Positions 24,116-36,461 of a stretch of 64,000 nucleotides of DNA are shown here, one piece after another (the first letter of the stretch is position 1; each line of letters begins with the position of its first letter). The position numbers were made by a program, and so were the translations under genes. The stretch comes from Balanoglossus misakiensis. Lineage: Eukaryota > Animalia > Hemichordata. The stretch is taken from the NCBI GenBank assembly GCA_040954595.2, contig CM082578.2, positions 12,710,520 to 12,774,519 of the forward strand, read 5' to 3'. The notes under the pieces are model-generated. The model was not told the origin of the DNA and searched no databases. It saw nothing but the letters and a program-made list of their open reading frames with translations.

Positions 24116-27100
24116 ATGACAGACACGGCATCAATGCAAGGACCATCCCATAGACCTAATATTCAACAGGCCCAAACACCATCATCGTACGTGCAGGTAA
24201 TTTTGGAGACACTCAATACTAGCATTTCATATATTAAACTTCATCCGACAATTAATATCAACGTCGCAAAGCAGTGTGTGAGTCAGTTGTCATCATTGCC
24301 TTTTTGACGAGTATCAGACTGAAGAAAGTTTTTTAACAATACCGCAAGAGCAGTCGTTCTGTTTACCAAAAAATACAGATTGTCCCACCCGTTGCTTAAA
24401 TATATGACGGAAGTATATCAATTGTAAGCTTTACAGATTGGTGCGATTATCGAGAACGGATTCACAATATCACGAACGCCATAAAGTGTTGCCATAGCGA
24501 CAGCACGCCTTTACGCATTTAAAGCGTTACGAAGTGAATGATTTGTTATTATTTACGAGAAAGGAGTCACAGCCGCAGCGTAAATCAGTGGGAAATATAG
24601 AAAAAAAAGGTCGGAAGATGGCAAGTTTGTCCCTCTAAAAACTGACTAACCCGTAAATGGCATATTTGTCTTCCATGCACAGACCGCGTACGCAGACCCT
24701 ACGCAACATGCGGACGCCCCGGAAGGCTACGAAAGCATGGGTTCGCCACTGCAGCCGCCAAGCTATGAAGAAGCAATGGAGTCGTCGAGACCACTAAATG
24801 CCAGGCCACAGATCAAGTAAGGGAGGGTTCCGGAAGAGATAATTAATAAATACGTGTTATATTTACTCGTGATGAAGACAATAACGACCATAACGCAGCA
24901 CGCTGATGATGCGCAAATAAATTATTGCAGTAGCTTACACAAACAATGATTTCGGTGAAAGTTTCTGGAGACCGTTGCAGATCATATATATATGTATACT
25001 TTATGAAAAGGGAGATATATACAGCTGGTAGCGATTACGTTTCCATATCCTTGTATGCATTGTCTCGCTTTTCTACGGCAGTTTTCCCGCCGTTACCGAC
25101 GAGGATGTCCGCAATGCGCTGCTGCAACACATCAACAGCAACTGTTGCTGGGGAACGTCTGCGGCCACCGAGATGAGAATTCGCGACATCGAGTCCAGCA
25201 GTGCCTTCCACGTGAGTTACAACCTGTTATCGTTCAGCCTGTAATTTCTGACAATGTGAACAGCTGCATGTCGTCCCTGAATTGATTTTCTATCATCGAC
25301 TTGGGCGACGAAAGCGACAGGTACAGGTGTTTTTGTCACGGTAGCGTCGAGGTCCAACAGGGAGGAACGTGCAGGCATATTGCATGTCACTTTGTAAGTT
25401 ATGATTGAGCTACCAGTTTCAAAGACTGCCCACTTGCCGGGCGAAGTTCCTTCGACTCAGTCGTCATTTCTCATTAATGGACTGGTTCTTTCTTGTTTTG
25501 AATTTTACCAGTACACCTTGGAAACCTTCTCTGAAAGCAGGTCGACAAACTGGATGTTTGAACCCTACTTAGGTAAGTACGAAATGTCGTGTATTTCTTA
25601 AGCATTTGCGGCACACCAAAGATTCCTGATTACATGTACATGTATAAATGCACATTCATGTACTCTAGGCCAAAACATCGACGACTCTGCGAGAGGTCCT
25701 CCGCCCGGGCCGTGGGATGTTCACGTCCAACCCCCAGAAACATTCGTCAACCACCAAACGTTCTTAGAAGTACCACGTACCGCCAAGGTCAAGGTAAAGC
25801 AAGATTACGTATCCATAAAGTTGATTCATGACAACGTGAAGTATTGTCACAGTGGTCGAGATTACAGTGCGCCGGCGTTTTATTACATAAAAAAGTTGTG
25901 GAATTACAAGAATAAAGACACGCAATATTGAATTATTCTTTTTCTTATCGACACAAAACACATGACAGTTCAGTTTATTCGTGTGCATCTTTCCAGAATT
26001 GTCATAACTGCAGTGGCAGGGGGAACCTGAATTGTGCGGCTTGTGCTGGTACGGGAAAGGTCAGTCAAGGTCATACTTTCGTTTTTTAACTGATTTGTTC
26101 TCTTCTTGCCATCGTTACGCCTTATATCAACCGTGATTGAGGGACTGTGGTCGCCATCTTCATATGCTAAGTTTCAAGTTGCATTTCCCCCGTTGTTGTT
26201 GGTTGCAGCAAAGATGTTCGGTTTGTTCTGGAGAGGGCACTCTCACCCGATACAGCAGCATAACCACCACTAACATGTTCAATTCAACCGCCCCAGTTCA
26301 AGAATGCGCAGTGTGCGCTTCGTGTGGCGGCACTGGCTATCGAAAGTGAGTACAAGCCGCCGTGTATAGTTTTTAACGTGTCACTCATTGTCTTTGAATA
26401 GTCAGCTATCCGACATCAACTAGCCATATATTTCATTTCCACCCTGAATTTTATCGACGGAAAATATTTGGGGGGAAAAAAGAGTTTAACAGTACGACAA
26501 TGCAGTACACATCACAGTCCCAGCTGGAAGGAGCCTGGTACATCGATCGAATTTGAAATTACAATTTTCCCAATCGACGTTTTACGTGCTGTTGGTCCGG
26601 GCCTCGCATAGACCAGTTTTTATCTTTATCATTTTCAGCTGTTTGTCATGCAAAGGAGGTGGTAATCAGCCCTGTACGGTGTGCGCAACTAAAGGAAGAC
26701 TGAAATATTACATACGACTCGCAGTGACTTGGTGAGTAATTACAGTTTGGAACGCGATCTACACAGCTCCTCGATGTAAAATGTACTATAAAGTCACTCT
26801 TAGTTTAGGTCTGTAAAATATGCATATGACCTCAGACAGGATGCGTTACTCATAGCTTAGTGTCTGCAAGGTGAAGTCGGGAAGGATTATGTACACACAC
26901 CCTTTCTTTTGACATTCGATCCAAGGTGGTCACCATGTGCATGTATAAAATAAAACTATGGATACTTCGACATTCACAGGGTGAGCCATAAAGATGATCA
27001 CGTGGCAGATAACCTTTCACTGGTGCCTGGTAATCTTCTTCGTCGTGTCCATGGCAACATGGCATTTCAGGAAGAACGAGAAAGAGTGAGTTTATTTTAT

Positions 27101-27708
27101 GTATATTTTTGGGGCGCCTTCTCGAATAAATGTCAAATAAAATTAAAATAGAACAAAATCGGACTGCTGAACTAATGATTAATCATCCTCCATCGAACAG
27201 GTGTTCCCGATAACGAATTTTCCAGATAACAATATTAACACAGTTTCAAGGCAGTTAGTGGAGCGACACAGAACGGCGTTTCCCACAGAAAGGATTATAA
27301 TGCAGGTTGGTAGAAAAGTTAAAAATTAAACTCTGTATCTCAGTTAAACATGTATCTTTGATTGCCGCTGCACGCACGGCGCCCTCTCGTTGATTTGATG
27401 GAAAGTACTCTCGTAGTGTTGACTGATTTGTCTTGTAATACCACCCTTTGAACGATACTATTTGTTGGAGATGAATGTCTGGGTAGAAGTGCGCACGCTT
27501 GACAAAACTAAACCTCGTTTTTTTCTCGGCCGTTCCTATTTTTCAGCGCCACCACATAAGAGTTATTCCAATCACCAAGGTTCGTTGCGTCTGGACCACT
27601 CAAAGTGCCAAGAACAAAGAGTTCAGCTACTGTGTGTACGGATATGAAAACAAGATATATGCACCGGAATACCCAGTCCAGTTCTGCTTTGGATGTACAT
27701 TGCTGTAG
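24116..27708 (+). CDS. SSUH2: SSUH2 (ssu-2 homolog)-like protein, paralog A, 11 coding exons, ~398 aa
   Basis: Exons: 24116-24196, 24683-24816, 25082-25211, 25512-25572, 25669-25793, 25997-26059, 26209-26345, 26639-26731, 26980-27085, 27201-27305, 27547-27708 (1197 nt). Contains NCCWG, HYTLETFSESRST, PPPGPWD, DnaJ-type CxxCxGxG repeats (CHNCSGRG, CAACAGTG, CSVCSGEG, CASCGGTG, CLSCKGGG, CTVCATKG), VFPITNFPD, QRHHIRVIP and YGYENKIYAPEYP...CFGCTLL. The first exon is the least certain. Confidence 0.9.
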
Positions 27709-28423
27709 TGCAACTGCAGACCTCGCCGCCAAAAGTCGACGACCGAAGCAATTGGATGCAACAGGATTTTGAGAAATGTCAATTGGTTCTTACAGTAATA
27801 ACGGACTCGATTTTTTTTAAAGCCAACATCAATTTTGTGTTCAGTTCCTCGATTTGATGATGTGTATTTTATTAGGTTTGTTCGCCAACTTGGAACATCG
27901 GTCTCTCTTATGTTGTAAATATTTTTCAGGTCATTTAGGGTGCTATGCAAATACGAGGATTTCCACATTCGAAGGCGTTTACTGTTGTAGACAAATTTGG
28001 AATACTAGTGGTAATAGTATATGTATTCTTCAATGACGTGTTCAATTTTCATGTACTTTTGACGAAAAAACGACATACACTAGGCCATCGGGGACTTTAT
28101 AAGAACTGTACCACGATTTAGCGCAGCTTCGACACATACTTTTTCAGTGACAAATACAGAATAGTGGCGGCGTCTGGCAGCGAGAAAATAACGTGACGTC
28201 ATAACTGTAGACCTAGTAGTTAATGCGAAGCTGATAGTGACTTGGCTTGTCTTGACCAATTGTACTACTTCTAAATTTACAATCTAATGTAAGTAACATG
28301 ATTCGAACCGTATTTACATTTCAGAGTTGCATTAGGCGCACATCAGCTGATAGCCATGATTCATGATACAATCATATATAAATAAACAAAGAAAGAAAAA
28401 ATGTTGATGTTCATATGGATCGA

Positions 28424-28507
28424 TGAATGTATGAATGAATGAATGAATGTATGAATGAATGAATGTATGAATGAATGAATGAATGTATGAATGAATGAAT
28501 GAATGAA
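28424..28507. repeat. (ATGA)n tetranucleotide microsatellite with ATGT interruptions
   Basis: Directly visible between the two SSUH2-like genes. Confidence 0.92.
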
Positions 28508-29914
28508 CAGATAATTCAAATTATACGAAGACTTATTTCTAACAAAAAACCTAACATTTTCGCTTGTTGAAATGGGCTATTTTGAACTTGCGGTCGTCCA
28601 TGCTCAAGTTCTGTGACGTGGCTGGTCCGTTTAGTATTGGTGGTTATCAGCTTCAGAGGGCGCATGAATTAGGGTCAGCCCAGGGCAGGGCCATTGTGCG
28701 GTGTGGAACGCGGAAACTCATTATGCAAACCCAGAACGGGGAAGACGGCTCAACCAAAACAAGAAGTAATGTAAACTATAGAGGGAAAGTCATCGAGATT
28801 AGACGTGGCAGTTGTGAATGTTTTTTCAGCTAACTTCGACCACTGTCCTCCAAGTTGAAACTCTATTTGAAAAATAACTTCACTTAGGACGCACACAGTG
28901 ATCAACTGGTATTCGAGGATTTTTTTCCGCGGTGAAGTGAACCGTGAGAGGCAAGCACCCATACCGAGTAAATAGGTAGGTTAGCTGTTGGCATTATTAG
29001 AAATGATTTGCTTCAACGGAGTCACACGCTAGATGATTTAGTCAATCAGTCGAGTTGTTGACGTTTGGAAAACGAAGAAAATCGCATGCATGGTCTGTTA
29101 TTCTCAACAACTGGCATTGTTTTTTCAAGGCTTTTACAGACTTCCACGTTCTCGTTTTCAATGTTTAAAGGGTCACGACCCCTTCTCATATAAGTGCCAC
29201 GGTTCTCTCTGCGAAGGACTTTCACAGATCAAGGTAGCTTGTGTGAGATTCACAACAACATGTTTTTAATCGCGAAATCTCGGTCAAAACCTGTGACATG
29301 GAAGTCGATATGCGTCTTCCAATTATTTTATTGAAACTCGACTCCAGCTTTTTTCCTCTCTGGTACTCGATGATGCTCAATTCTAAAGTGGGCCGATTAC
29401 TAATGTTTCACTGATTTATAAAAAAAAAATTGAATGTACTTCCTAGTCACTAAAATCGTGCTTTTTCGACGGGGCTCTTCCCGAAACCGAAGGAATTCCC
29501 TTCCACATCACTGTCGAGAAACCAGTTGAAAAGTTTTTCCCAAATTATTTTTTTAAATAAGAATATTTCACCATGATTTTGCCATTTAAATGGGCCTGTC
29601 CATCCGCGTTTTCTTTTTGCCTTGACTGGATTGATTTCTGTATTTCTTTCGTTTATAACAAGGCAATGTACTAACTCGCAAACAAGGAGAAATTTCTTGC
29701 TGCCTGGGACTTAACGTTGCATTGTGTGTGGTTGCATCGCATAGAATTGTCCGCGAGTGGCCGGGCTGATTTTGGGGTGGGTGGATGGGTTAATGGACAG
29801 TTTCATTAATTTTGCAGACCACAATGTATGGTCCGTATGTGTTTCATCACACTGCATTTTATCATTTTCTACGGCAAAGCTGAAAAGGACGGCAGACGTT
29901 CAGCGCTCGCCAAG

Positions 29915-32900
29915 ATGGAACGAGCCTCCGCGTATGAAATGTTTGGCGTACCGGTGCCGCCTCCAGAAGACTCGACCGAGATTGAACTGGTAGAAGCAAA
30001 GGAAACCCCTGAAAACGGACTCTACACGCTTGAGGAGTAAGTTGTCTTGCCATGAGCCGATTTTAGTATCAAAGAAAAGCATTTTACATTATTATGGATG
30101 ATTTAATTAAAAGCGCGAGACACACTAATTTAAGAGGGTTACCTCATACACTTTTATCGTATCTGGAGACAAAAACATCCAAAATATTCGGAGACGAGCG
30201 TGGATACAATATTCTTTAGTAACTTAGCAATTTTTCATCTCATTATTTTCTAACTTTACTTCTACAAATAATGATAACTCATAATCGTGTTGTTTATCTT
30301 CCTCTTTCAGGTCAACGGTATCGGAAGAAGCTGCGAGAACCGCGTTCATAAATTACGCGCGGCGTAATCGTTTTTATGGTACTTCCACGGCCCGTCAATG
30401 CACGATAGATTCAATCCGATGTGTTGACGCTTTTCATGTGAGAGATTCTACAGTTTATATTATTATTTTTTGTTCAAAGTGACGCGTCACTCTCTCGGTT
30501 ATTTTACCGATTTTATGACACGGTTTCCTTGTTTTTATGGTGACCGCTTTTGAAGATGCACATTTCTTTCTCCCACACTCGTCATTGAATATACAATCTC
30601 GACAATCTCGAAACGATAATAGCCTGATGTTATGATAATACTCTACTAACATCCAGAATCGTGACATGTATTTTAGAGGGGGCGTTTTCAACAGACACAG
30701 TGTGAAGTATAATTGATAGCGTTTAATCAGACCCGTTTTCTCTTCCACAGTATTTACTGGAAACTTTCACCGAATCCAGGTCGACGAGATTAATCGAAAA
30801 GCCACATCAAGGTAAGAGAAAATGCTGTGTGTAAGGTGTTTAACGTTTTAGCATTTGCAACGCTTTGTCACCGAATTGTTCGCACAGCAGAACATTACAT
30901 GCAACATCAGGAACTGTCATGCAATAATAGGATCGTGTTGTTGCATGACAGTTCATCCGTTGGACTTTGTAACAAAACGGCGCAATGTCCTCTCAAATAA
31001 TCAAATCTAGCTCTACTCACATTTATAGCTTAGACGTTCACTCGACCTCTCTCTGGAGTTCAACTCAAGCCGAACAATGGCGACACGTAGGCACATATCA
31101 AAATACCCCTTCAGTGAGACCATACACTGATAAATAATGGTAATATTTATTTAGGGCTAAACTTTGGTTGATATTAAGCAAGTTCCTTGTGTTTGACCCG
31201 CCGTTGCTTGTAGGCGATGCTGAAGTTGCGGACGACGGCCCCACAACGGACACCATGCCTGAACCGTGGGAGATCGAAATCGAACCTCCGAAATTGTTCG
31301 AGGATGATTCAGCTCATGTTATAGTGCCAAACTCTGAACAGATTAAGGTAATATATCGCAACTGGTTTCAAAGAAAGTGATGTAATCGCAAGTTGCTTAT
31401 CAAAATGCCCCTCTCTCATCACGCGGCAAAACTCTGGCATTTTCGTTGGTAGGTTGTCTTTCGGATTCCCTACTACCCTCCTCCATGAAAATGCTTGTAA
31501 GCAGATGGATACGGTGCATGCATTGGAATATATCTTCACAAATACAACGATGCATCATCTATTGGATCACATGGAACTTAATGACGTCCTCTGTAACGTT
31601 TTCAGATTTTCACTGTTTGCACGAATTTTAGCTAGAGAGCGTCACATTTCAAAAACAGAATTCTGTTTTATTTTCTCTCCGACAGTCATGTCCTAGCTGC
31701 CTCGGTGCTTGCAAAGTGCCTTGTACCTTCTGTGACGGAGCTGGTTCGGTGAGTTGATTATCTGTTTTACAATTCTCAATACCGTGTGGTAGTTTATGAA
31801 GTTTCTCATATTCGTGAAACCTCCATTATTGCAAAGAAAAAAAGACATACAAGGAGCGCAGAATTTGTTTACATGCAATAGTAATTCTATGGTATAAAAC
31901 GCCATCCAGAACCGTTATCAAACGATCGAATTCATGACTTTTGTCTACAAAAGACGATGTGTCTGGCATGTACTGTTGAGAATCCATCACCAAAACAGCC
32001 ACAGGCTGAAAACGACGAAGTGGAAGGGGACGTCCCAGTGAAGACGGAAGAGTCTTGTCAAGAATGTAACGGGAAAGGTCGCAAAGGGTGAGTGAGTATC
32101 TCTCGAGTTATTGTCGACACTTTGGGCACCAGTGGTCTTCGGTCTTTTAGTCAGTGCACAGACAAAGTCTGTGGTCAGTGTAGGCCCATACAAAGATGGC
32201 CCAAAATTGTCATATGCAATCTCGTGATGAAATTCTTAGAAAAACTGAATTGTTTGTCATAGTTTGACCATATCCTCTGACAGAATCTCTCGTTCTGTTC
32301 CTTCCCCACAGTTGTTCACCTTGCTCAGAATCTGGTGAAAGAGCGTGCGCGAAGTGCGAAGAGAATGGTAAACTGAAGACTCACATGGAGCTCATCGTCC
32401 AATGGTAAGGTCAAGGTTATCAAACCATATCCGTATTCGTTCGTGAATATATTCATTCAAACATTCAAAAATGGCTTTATCTTATCACATGAAGTACTTG
32501 TAGCAAATCTTGGCAGAATTCTTCTCTAATGCACGAATAATGAATGCGCAGATGAGAGATTAACGGACTATAAAACGACAAGATAAATGTTGACCATTAT
32601 TATTCTTGTATGTGGGTATTTTACTCCATAGGAAGAATAATTGGGATGATTTCATCGTTGACTATGTGAGTGTCATCCCGGAAAAAGTGCTGAGGCAACT
32701 CCAAGGCAAAGTGGTTGTCAAGGAAGAACGACGGAAGGTAAAAGAAACGTCATAGAATATTTAGCTACCATCACATCATAATGCAATCAGCGGCATCTTC
32801 ACCTGGGCTTGGTCTTTGATGTTCGCGTTCTCTGGAGTAGGGACCAAGCAAATGTCGTATGATCTCTACAACTTATATTAATCAGATTGGCCATTCGATT

Positions 32901-33347
32901 CATTTTAGGTTTCGCCCGTGTCCAACTTTCCGAACGTAGACATAAATACCGCCTCCAAAGAGTTAATCGAAAGTCACCAATCAGAAAACTCCAGCCACAG
33001 CAAGATAATCAAGCAGGTATGGGTGAATCGTTAATTGATAGGTGGCTAAATGATTTGGAGAGATGATTGATTGATTGAACGATTAATTGATTGATTGAAC
33101 GAGTGAGTGAGTGAGTGAGAGTGGAGGGGGAGAGGGAGGGAATCTTCTCTAAACTAAACTAAACTAAACTAGACCCGTTTCCTATCATTGACATTTACAG
33201 CGCCACCATGTCAGAGTAATTCCAGTTTCCGATGTCAAGTACACCTGGAAGAACAAGCAGTACAATTTCTATGTCTACGGCGAAAACCACGAAAGCGTGT
33301 ACGCACCAAACTATCCCCAGCGATATCTGTGTTGCAGTGTCATGTGA
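29915..33347 (+). CDS. SSUH2: SSUH2-like protein, paralog B, 10 coding exons, ~364 aa
   Basis: Exons: 29915-30036, 30311-30437, 30751-30811, 31214-31347, 31686-31748, 31954-32087, 32312-32404, 32632-32737, 32909-33016, 33201-33347 (1095 nt). Intron phases match paralog A, including identical 61, 63, 93 and 106 nt exons. Contains HYLLETFTESRST, PEPWEI, six CxxC pairs, VSPVSNFP, QRHHVRVIP and VYAPNYPQRYLCCSVM. An additional upstream coding exon cannot be excluded. Confidence 0.88.
33065..33171. repeat. Compound microsatellite (GATT, GAGT, AAACT units)
   Basis: Visible in the last intron of SSUH2-like paralog B. Confidence 0.8.
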
Positions 33348-34328
33348 TTGGCCACAGCACAGTCCCTCCACACACTGACATATTTATCAGGATTTATTTG
33401 GGGTTTAGCTCATTCCCAAACTGTCCGATTGTATGGGAAAACTCTCCGTCTTGAACCAGGTCAAATGCGAACTGAATATACCGCCGTGTTTGGACTGTTA
33501 TGGGTCATTACATTGTATATAGACGAATTAGTCCAGTGACTGTACATCAGCGTAGGCAAGAGCTATATATGGGTATGTAATGCCCATTTTCATACTAGTT
33601 TGACCTATAGAAGTCTATGATATGAAAACATTTTATATTGCTGCTTGAGTATAAAATAGCGCCCTCAAACCTCGTACCGGTAATTACTGACGCATGTACC
33701 TTTTTTAGGAGGGGTGATTTTCTGAATTTTTTTCTCATACTGTGGACTTTATGACATGGGCGTGTTTAGCCGAACACATACGTTTGTATCTTGGCAACAG
33801 CCATGAAATAAAAAAAAACATCTAGCCCTGAGGTCTGCGGGAGGATAAATCAGATCTCCTCAGATAAAGACACAGAAAAACCCTCAAACATGTAATAGTA
33901 ATTGTCGCCTGATTATTTTATGAAAAGGATTAATTTATTTGCCCTTCAGTGTGCAAATTTCTTCATTAGTGTTGAATATAAAACAAATTGTACCAAAATC
34001 TAAAATTATGCCAATAAAGAGAACTTAAAACACCGTGCTATTTTAACTTTTACCCTGAATACGGTAGGTGAGCAAATAAATAACAGACAAAATAATATTA
34101 ATTTTAGACTCAATCGGGTTTCCTGCAAATGGCAAAGAGCTGATCATACAGCAGGGTAAAAAAAAAACAATGGCAAGAAAGGTAAACTGCACAACTAATT
34201 CATCTGTATTGGCCATGTAACCCATGATGCGATACCCACTGAACAAAGTTTTTAACAAATTACAATTTATAGCCCGTTTAGCATTAAATTCAGCCTGAAG
34301 AATTCACAGTGCGATGTCACCACCGCTT

Positions 34329-34428
34329 CTAAAGCGTCTCCACTTTTGATTTCGTGTCATTCTTTGTCTCCTTGTTTGCAGACTTGGTTGAAGTTGTAGT
34401 ATCCGTTGTCTCCTTGCTTCTCGTGATT
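34329..34428 (-). CDS. MFSD5: Alternative distal terminal exon of MFSD5 (isoform ~461 aa)
   Basis: Acceptor TTTACTTTTAG, phase-compatible with the donor at 38010. Encodes (G)ITRSKETTDTTTSTKSANKETKNDTKSKVETL-stop. Candidate minus-strand AATAAA at 33939-33934. Confidence 0.6.
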
Positions 34429-36461
34429 CTAAAAGTAAACGGCAAAATATACACATTGAGGTAACATTTAGACATCAGAGCCAGTGTTAATGGGGGTGGG
34501 GTGGGGGGGGGGGGCAAAACTGATCAATTTTTTAAATGTCTTCATTTGCCTCAACTCCGTCCATAAACAACATCATCATTCATGACAGGATTTTTCATTC
34601 ACATTTTATTTTACGGTCTGAATGAGAGCAATCGACAGATGTCCCTGTCACAAAAAACACCACATTTTTACACTGGCAAAATTAGATTTTAAGTATTGGC
34701 AGCAAAACTGTGTTCTTTCTATTTAAAAACAGTCTGTCAAAGATAAAAGTAACCCCAACATTAAAAATAATCTATAGACTGCATGATGCTTCACCCCTAA
34801 TATTTTTCAAGTGTTTGACACCCCTCCCCCCCCCAAAAAAATATATATATTTTTCAAAAGTCTTTGACTGTCCTGTTGATGACAATTTTACGTTTTTAAA
34901 TATCTCTTTTATAAAACATACCTTCCGAACATAAAATGTAGTGGCTGTGGTAACACAGTTACATTGAAATTATCCATACTGTATTATAGTTTCTTCCCAA
35001 TTTTCAATAAAAATATTCAAATAATATCTTAGCTTGAAATGCGTTAAAAATGCCAAATTATGCCTCATCAAATATATAGAGCTCTATTGCACACAACAGT
35101 AAATATCGCTACAATGTCTTTAAAAGGCGCAAGAATTGGAACAGTAGTTTTGAGTTTGAATCCATTAAATACAGGTTGATTGATTTCCTTGTAGTGATTC
35201 ATTTAATTGAAAACCTGATGCATTTGTCAATAGTCTGGTGGCAACATTTATTAACGGATTAAAATTCTGCAAATCTGGATCTTACACCTCACTCATACTG
35301 ACAGATGATCTAATAAATATTGTTGAAATATAACAGGTCAAGAATTTTTAGGGGTTGCACACGCAAGATGCATCTCCTTCAAAGATGAGCGATGTATGAG
35401 AAGAAAGGCTGTAGGGGTCATACTGATTATTTTTTTGCCATCAATATTGTTCAATTTTGCATTGTTTGAGTTAAATTTACTTTGTTTTTTACAATGAACG
35501 CCTTACAAACAGTACAAGCTGTTGCAAATAACGGTAAGCTGCACAGAATCAATTAAACTGATTCGTGTGACCCACTGACTCAATGCAAATACAGTTGTTA
35601 CAAAAGTATGTTGTTAATCATTGTGCAGAGAGCACATCTACGCAAGTAAATGCATAGATTGCAAAATGAGAATGGTAAAAAAATATGTCACGAACAGCTG
35701 CCCAATAGTAAAGGCATGAAATGCGCAAGTCTACGAAATACAACGTTCTGTTATATTTAATTTATATACAAAAATAGATATTTATCTTTTTGTGATCTCA
35801 GTTATCTGGATTATGGCAGGATCAGGCAAAAATGTAACATCAGGTGGTTTGCAATATGTCATCTTTAGAGTCCTGTTCTGATATTTCTCACTATTTTCAT
35901 TTTGAGTTTCTGGTCAAAATATTAGACTTTCATCTTTTCAGGTCCACTTAAAGTACCAATGCCTATAACTGAACATGTCCACAGAATCAGTTCAAATCAA
36001 AAAACAATTATTTTCCAAATACCATTTTACAACGGTGGAAGCCCAAACTTAAAACCAAACACAGAAGTGTTCTTCCGTGGTTCAAATTTAACAAACCAAG
36101 GGTGATATGAATGAGACACCATTTAAGCATTGATAAGTGTCAGTATGAAACAAACCAACTTTTCTGACGAGTGTCTGTGAAATTTGCCCAAAATCCGCAC
36201 CAATGAAAGTGTAGCGCCTCTCAGAGAAATGAAACCCAACTGAAATGTCCCATACTGGTAACATTCTAAAGCTCTCCATCACCGCAGAGTGTAACGACAA
36301 GACACCAGAAATTCAAAGGTTTGCTGTACACACAACAAGCCACTGCACTACCGACGTAACAACAACAGAGCAGCCAGGTACATGTGTAAAAACTACAGCC
36401 TCTTTTGTCAGTTCCACAAAAGAACCTTTTATCCGGCAGCAAAAATGGGAGAACAGGATCT

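Noticed and set aside
30911-30954. 14 bp-stem hairpin in an SSUH2-B intron (GAACTGTCATGCAA...TTGCATGACAGTTC)
   Set aside because: It is too short for a pre-miRNA and more likely a small palindromic repeat remnant.
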